IMG/VR virus record: IMGVR_UViG_3300030688_000021 | From: an uncultured virus (IMG/VR IMGVR_UViG_3300030688_000021) | Lineage: Duplodnaviria; Heunggongvirae; Uroviricota; Caudoviricetes | Reading direction: 5' to 3' (one strand) | Length of the DNA: 20,000 nt | Shown: piece by piece, positions 16,430 to 20,000 of the stretch | How positions within the stretch are numbered: the first letter of the stretch is position 1 | Layout: every line of letters starts with the position of its first letter | Translations under genes and position numbers: made by a program | Notes under the pieces: model-generated | Database searches by the model: none | The model's input: only the letters and a program-made list of their open reading frames with translations | Told to the model about the DNA's origin: nothing

Positions 16430-16683
16430 ACACGTATGATAAAATTGAAATAGCAATCCGTCGTGCGGTAAATCACGTAGCATCGTCAACAAGAAGTGAC
16501 GTTTGTAAGGTTTGTATAGACCCCCAACTAATGACGCGCCAATATATGGAACATTCCATTAAATGTTGTGGTCATGCCATATTTCATTCAGAGATGAGGT
16601 GTTACCATTGTCGCGCAAATATTCATTTAGATTATTCTGATTGCGGGCACATTTACGCTATGGAACAATCATGGTCCAATTAA
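16426..16683 (+). CDS. Hypothetical Cys/His-rich protein, AT-rich
   Basis: ATGA overlap; CKVC, CCGH, CYHC. Confidence 0.45.
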   Translation: MNTYDKIEIAIRRAVNHVASSTRSDVCKVCIDPQLMTRQYMEHSIKCCGHAIFHSEMRCYHCRANIHLDYSDCGHIYAMEQSWSN

Positions 16684-16885
16684 ATTATGATGAGATATGA
16701 TCAATGGTAAGGTTTGTCGTTGGAGTGTATGCCCTAATCTCCGCATGCGCAGTAATCATTGTAATTGCCGCTTTTACCAATGTCTTTGGGTTGGGAACGA
16801 AAACTGTTTTTGCGCCGATTGGTACGGGTCATTCCATGAAATCCAGCAATACAACGACGCCATGGGGCCGAGAAGAATAAGCGTA

Positions 16886-16914
16886 TTGACGCGACATGTG
16901 GCGCGATATATCGT
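16886..16914 (+). promoter_or_regulatory. Candidate sigma70 promoter
   Basis: TTGACG-17 nt-TATCGT. Confidence 0.4.
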
Positions 16915-16951
16915 TTGGCTTCCTATCTTGACATTCTCCCCAAGACAACTT

Positions 16952-16988
16952 CCCCGGATGCGCCTTGAAACGCTCCGGGGTTTTTCTT
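16952..16988 (+). terminator. Rho-independent terminator
   Basis: CCCCGGA(T)GCG-loop-CGCTCCGGGG followed by TTTTTCTT. Confidence 0.8.
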
Positions 16989-16989
16989 G

Positions 16990-17325
16990 TCAGGCGTTAG
17001 AGTCTTCTATCCCCAACCGATCCTCAATCTCACGCTCGCGGTCAATGATCTGCCGCAACAGCGCGACCTCTGCCAACAGCGTGTTGTGATCCTGAATTGC
17101 CCTGGCCTCGCTGCCTCGGTTCAGGACGGCCTGCCCAACCATGATCACCGAGAGCATGACGCCCTGGTAATAGCTGGACGAAATGGCATCGAAGATTTCT
17201 TTCAGATGGGGGTTTGTCCAGCAATAAAAACACACGACAGAAAACGCCACGCTGAATTCCATAGAGCCGATAACGACGGTTAGCCAGGCTGCGATTGCGT
17301 CTCGGCAACGGGTGTATGTTCTCAT
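16990..17325 (-). CDS. DUF1003-like membrane protein
   Basis: IAAWLTVVIGSM...YQGVMLSVIMVGQAV...E.RA..D pattern. Confidence 0.6.
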   Translation of the reverse strand: MRTYTRCRDAIAAWLTVVIGSMEFSVAFSVVCFYCWTNPHLKEIFDAISSSYYQGVMLSVIMVGQAVLNRGSEARAIQDHNTLLAEVALLRQIIDREREIEDRLGIEDSNA

Positions 17326-17385
17326 GATGATATTCCAGTGATTTGAGTGTGAGCGAAAAAAATAGCGCGACGCCAATTTCCCCTA

Positions 17386-17414
17386 TTGACTTCGGATTAG
17401 CGACACGCTAATAT
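17386..17414 (+). promoter_or_regulatory. Sigma70 promoter with overlapping palindromic operator
   Basis: TTGACT-17 nt-TAATAT; ATTAGCG-ACA-CGCTAAT at 17396-17412. Confidence 0.75.
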
Positions 17415-17458
17415 CACTTCATCAAGACGGGATGATCCCGCAAACTGAGGAAAAGACA

Positions 17459-17629
17459 ATGACCAGAACCGTTATCATCAATGGAACCGCCGTCGCCATG
17501 CCAACACGCGCAGTTGCGTATAAGCACGCTGATCCGACGGAAGATGCGCGTTGGGTCTACGATGATGACGAGGCTAGGGAGATTGCCCGAGAGGATATAT
17601 CTCTGATTGTCTACCCAGCGTCCGAATGA
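17459..17629 (+). CDS. Hypothetical 56-aa protein
   Basis: GAGGA SD, ATG 17459; YKHADPTEDARWV. Confidence 0.65.
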   Translation: MTRTVIINGTAVAMPTRAVAYKHADPTEDARWVYDDDEAREIAREDISLIVYPASE

Positions 17630-17745
17630 GGCACCGCCTATTACGTCGAGCGCGGTTGATTCGCGCAAGGCGAAACCGGACCAATGCCGGTCTGCCGGGA
17701 GCGCCCTACCGGCACTGATGAGCCAGGGCACAGAAAGGGGAATAA

Positions 17746-17910
17746 ATGACCATCGCCGAACAGATCGAATGGCTCACTGCGCGTGAAGACGAGGCCAGGA
17801 AACTTGTCAGGAAATATCGTGATTCCGATAGCAATCTTTCCGCTCAATGGCTGAGAACGCGCTTACATCTTAGCGGAGCGATTAAGAACCTTCGGGATAT
17901 TGGAGAATGA
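17746..17910 (+). CDS. Hypothetical 54-aa helical protein
   Basis: Manual translation MTIAEQIEWLTAREDEARKLVRKYRDSDSNLSAQWLRTRLHLSGAIKNLRDIGE; AAGGGG SD; ATGA overlap with the HTH gene. Confidence 0.55.
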   Translation: MTIAEQIEWLTAREDEARKLVRKYRDSDSNLSAQWLRTRLHLSGAIKNLRDIGE

Positions 17911-18137
17911 CCATTCCCACGAAATCCTCTATCTCCGCCGCTGGTATCCGCCCTGGCGAGCTGGCGACGGTTCTAGGCGTCCACCCCACGTCAATCTCTG
18001 ACATGATCAACGGCAGGACGGGCCGAGCTACGCCTGGGTCAGAGGCCATAGTCTGGCTATGGCCTCGATTGACCGTTGAAGATCGCAAGTCGCTTTTGTG
18101 TGGGGTTCACTTAATTCCACGCCCATCCATGCGATAG
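17907..18137 (+). CDS. Cro/XRE-type HTH regulator
   Basis: GIRPGELATVLGVHPTSISDMINGR. Confidence 0.75.
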   Translation: MTIPTKSSISAAGIRPGELATVLGVHPTSISDMINGRTGRATPGSEAIVWLWPRLTVEDRKSLLCGVHLIPRPSMR

Positions 18138-18608
18138 GAGTCCGGCTCCGACAAAGACGGGCATAGAGGACGCGCCCAAAATCCATTCACCAACGCTCCA
18201 CCATCCGTTCCCGAACCACGTGGGCATAGTCATGGGCTTGTTGCGGAACATGGCGACATAGGCCGGGCACAACGGGGCCAGCGGCAAGGCCCACCAGAGC
18301 TTGCAGGACAGGGCTAAGGCGGCGATAGGCAGGCTATACCGCCAGAGGAGCTTTAGGGGCTTCTCGTAGTCCTGGCCGAGGCTGGCATACAGCAGGGCGA
18401 AGATGGATAGACCGAGCGCCTGTTCCCATTGCCAATTGACCCATGCCGGAATGGTGAAAATGAGGACGGCAAAGCGGGATGCGGTCTTTCCCGAGGTAAG
18501 GCCATTGGTCAGCGCGGAGATTGTTTGGCCTCCAGCGCCACCAAACCAGTGCCGCCAAAGTCCCCCTAGCGGGATTGACGCCAGGATAATTGCAAGATTA
18601 ACGGTCAT
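18111..18608 (-). CDS. Multi-pass membrane protein
   Basis: GGAG SD before ATG 18608; several hydrophobic Trp/Gly-rich segments. Confidence 0.6.
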   Translation of the reverse strand: MTVNLAIILASIPLGGLWRHWFGGAGGQTISALTNGLTSGKTASRFAVLIFTIPAWVNWQWEQALGLSIFALLYASLGQDYEKPLKLLWRYSLPIAALALSCKLWWALPLAPLCPAYVAMFRNKPMTMPTWFGNGWWSVGEWILGASSMPVFVGAGLLSHGWAWN

Positions 18609-18684
18609 GTCGTCTCCGTTCAAATGCCAGCCGCCCGCGCATAAGCACGGACGGCGGTAATCCAATACAGATATGCGGCGTAAA

Positions 18685-19197
18685 TCATTGCGCGGCGCTC
18701 ACAGCCTCACGGACGGCATGATCATCGGCCTCGCACGCATTCAGGCGCACGACTACTTCGTCGGCTCGGTCGGCTTCGGCGAGAAGAAACTTACTAGCCT
18801 GGTCCGAAAGTCGGCTGTAGGCAGCGGCTGCGCCATTATTGAGGGCGGCGGTGGTAGCGTGATCGACGGCGGCTTTGCAACCGCCCCCACGTCTACCGGG
18901 GTCGCGCAGGCCACCAGCAAGAGCAATGGCAGCATCAGAAGTAGCCTTGGCATCAGCGAGAATTTGTTCATGACTGCGGGTGTCCTGTTCGATTTGACTG
19001 GCGGCAACAGCGGCGGCTTCTTCGGCAGCTTTCGTCTTCACGGTTTCGGCCTGAAGCTCGGCGGCAGCACTGATCTTCAGCTGGTCGACGGCGACCTGAT
19101 CAATCGCCTTTTGGTGCGATAGGCCGTATTCATAGCCGCCGAAAGCGACGGCGATAAAGCCCATCAGGGCGGCGATGATCACATAAGGGTTAGGCAT
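18685..19197 (-). CDS. Rz: Inner-membrane spanin (Rz-like)
   Basis: N-terminal TM, Ala-rich coiled coil, GLRDP...FLLAEADRAD...LNAC; follows holin. Confidence 0.8.
   Translation of the reverse strand: MPNPYVIIAALMGFIAVAFGGYEYGLSHQKAIDQVAVDQLKISAAAELQAETVKTKAAEEAAAVAASQIEQDTRSHEQILADAKATSDAAIALAGGLRDPGRRGGGCKAAVDHATTAALNNGAAAAYSRLSDQASKFLLAEADRADEVVVRLNACEADDHAVREAVSAAQ
18753..18971 (-). CDS. Rz1: Outer-membrane spanin lipoprotein (Rz1-like), embedded in Rz
   Basis: MNKFSLMPRLLLMLPLLLLVAC lipobox followed by a Pro-rich body, in an alternate frame inside Rz. Confidence 0.75.
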   Translation of the reverse strand: MNKFSLMPRLLLMLPLLLLVACATPVDVGAVAKPPSITLPPPPSIMAQPLPTADFRTRLVSFFSPKPTEPTK

Positions 19198-19199
19198 AT

Positions 19200-19505
19200 T
19201 CAGCCTCCAAATTTACGAAACAAGCCCGGCACCATGGGGGCCAGGATAGCGGCGACACCTCCGCCAAGTGCAGCGGGCGACCACGATGAGTTAACAGCCT
19301 GTGCCATTTCCCCAGGCTTGGCCCCGAACGCGGCGACAATGAGCACGAACGCCTGAAAAGCGAACATCGCCGCCACCGCGCTAAAGGACAGGACCACGAC
19401 TGGATCGGTGCTGTGATCCTTGGCGTCAACGATCCGCGCCCATAGCCCACGGTCAGACTGATCCGGCGAGGGCATGGGAGCGGTATCGTCAGGCATCGGG
19501 ATCAT
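19200..19505 (-). CDS. Putative holin
   Basis: Two hydrophobic segments, between endolysin and spanin; possible starts 19505 and 19496. Confidence 0.55.
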   Translation of the reverse strand: MIPMPDDTAPMPSPDQSDRGLWARIVDAKDHSTDPVVVLSFSAVAAMFAFQAFVLIVAAFGAKPGEMAQAVNSSWSPAALGGGVAAILAPMVPGLFRKFGG

Positions 19506-19947
19506 CCGGGGTTAGGAACAGTGCCCGCTCGGCAGCGCGGCGGGTAACAAGGCCGGGAAGGACGGCACCACAGCTATGGTTCCATAGCGGGAACTGGTCC
19601 GCCGCGCCTTGCGTGTCACCATTCCACAACATTTTGACCAGAGTGGAATTGCGAAGGTTGCCAAATCCAAGATTGTAGGTAAACGAAATCAGCGCCGCCA
19701 GTTGGTTTGCGGTCACAGTCTGCGGAGCGACGGAAGCAACCTGGGCGGCGACCTTCGAAAGATCGTCGCGCAAGAACTGTTCAGCCTGATCTTGGGTGAT
19801 GGTGTCGCCTTCATTGACGCCACCAGTATGCCCATACGCGATGGTCCAAGGGTCTCCGCCGCTTCCGGGATCGGGATAGGCTCGGAGCTTGCATCCCTCG
19901 GATTCCTTGATCAGCGCGACGGCGGCATCCATGTTCGGTGAAGTCAT
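19489..19947 (-). CDS. Endolysin, GH24 lysozyme
   Basis: ESEGCKLRAYPD...WTIAYGHT, ALISFTYNLG, GLVTRRAAERALF; GGAGG SD. Confidence 0.95.
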   Translation of the reverse strand: MTSPNMDAAVALIKESEGCKLRAYPDPGSGGDPWTIAYGHTGGVNEGDTITQDQAEQFLRDDLSKVAAQVASVAPQTVTANQLAALISFTYNLGFGNLRNSTLVKMLWNGDTQGAADQFPLWNHSCGAVLPGLVTRRAAERALFLTPDDPDA

Positions 19948-20000
19948 TTTAATGTTTCCTCCCTCCGTTAACAGAGTAGATAAAGAATACTCCGTTCATC

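Overview
A tailed-phage (Caudoviricetes) genome segment from a Gram-negative host; the spanins support this, and an alphaproteobacterial host is only a guess. Left, minus strand: packaging/head operon of small terminase, PBSX-type large terminase, DUF1073 portal with a C-terminal InPase-like domain, a two-module 161-aa protein, MuF, an ADP-ribosyltransferase, a 46-aa Cys-rich peptide and a DUF2213 putative prohead protease. Middle, plus strand: a TOPRIM/SF3 primase-helicase with a structured leader, many small accessory ORFs, and an intact IS200/IS605 element (tnpA + tnpB) whose ends can be read exactly. Right, minus strand: endolysin, holin and Rz/Rz1 lysis genes, with an inverted, possibly autoregulated HTH mini-operon inserted downstream. 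The best candidate for a new system is a cassette of possibly virion-delivered effectors in the head module, all sharing short T/x-x-D leader motifs. Three structured-RNA candidates were also found. All family calls are from motif recognition by eye; no searches were run.
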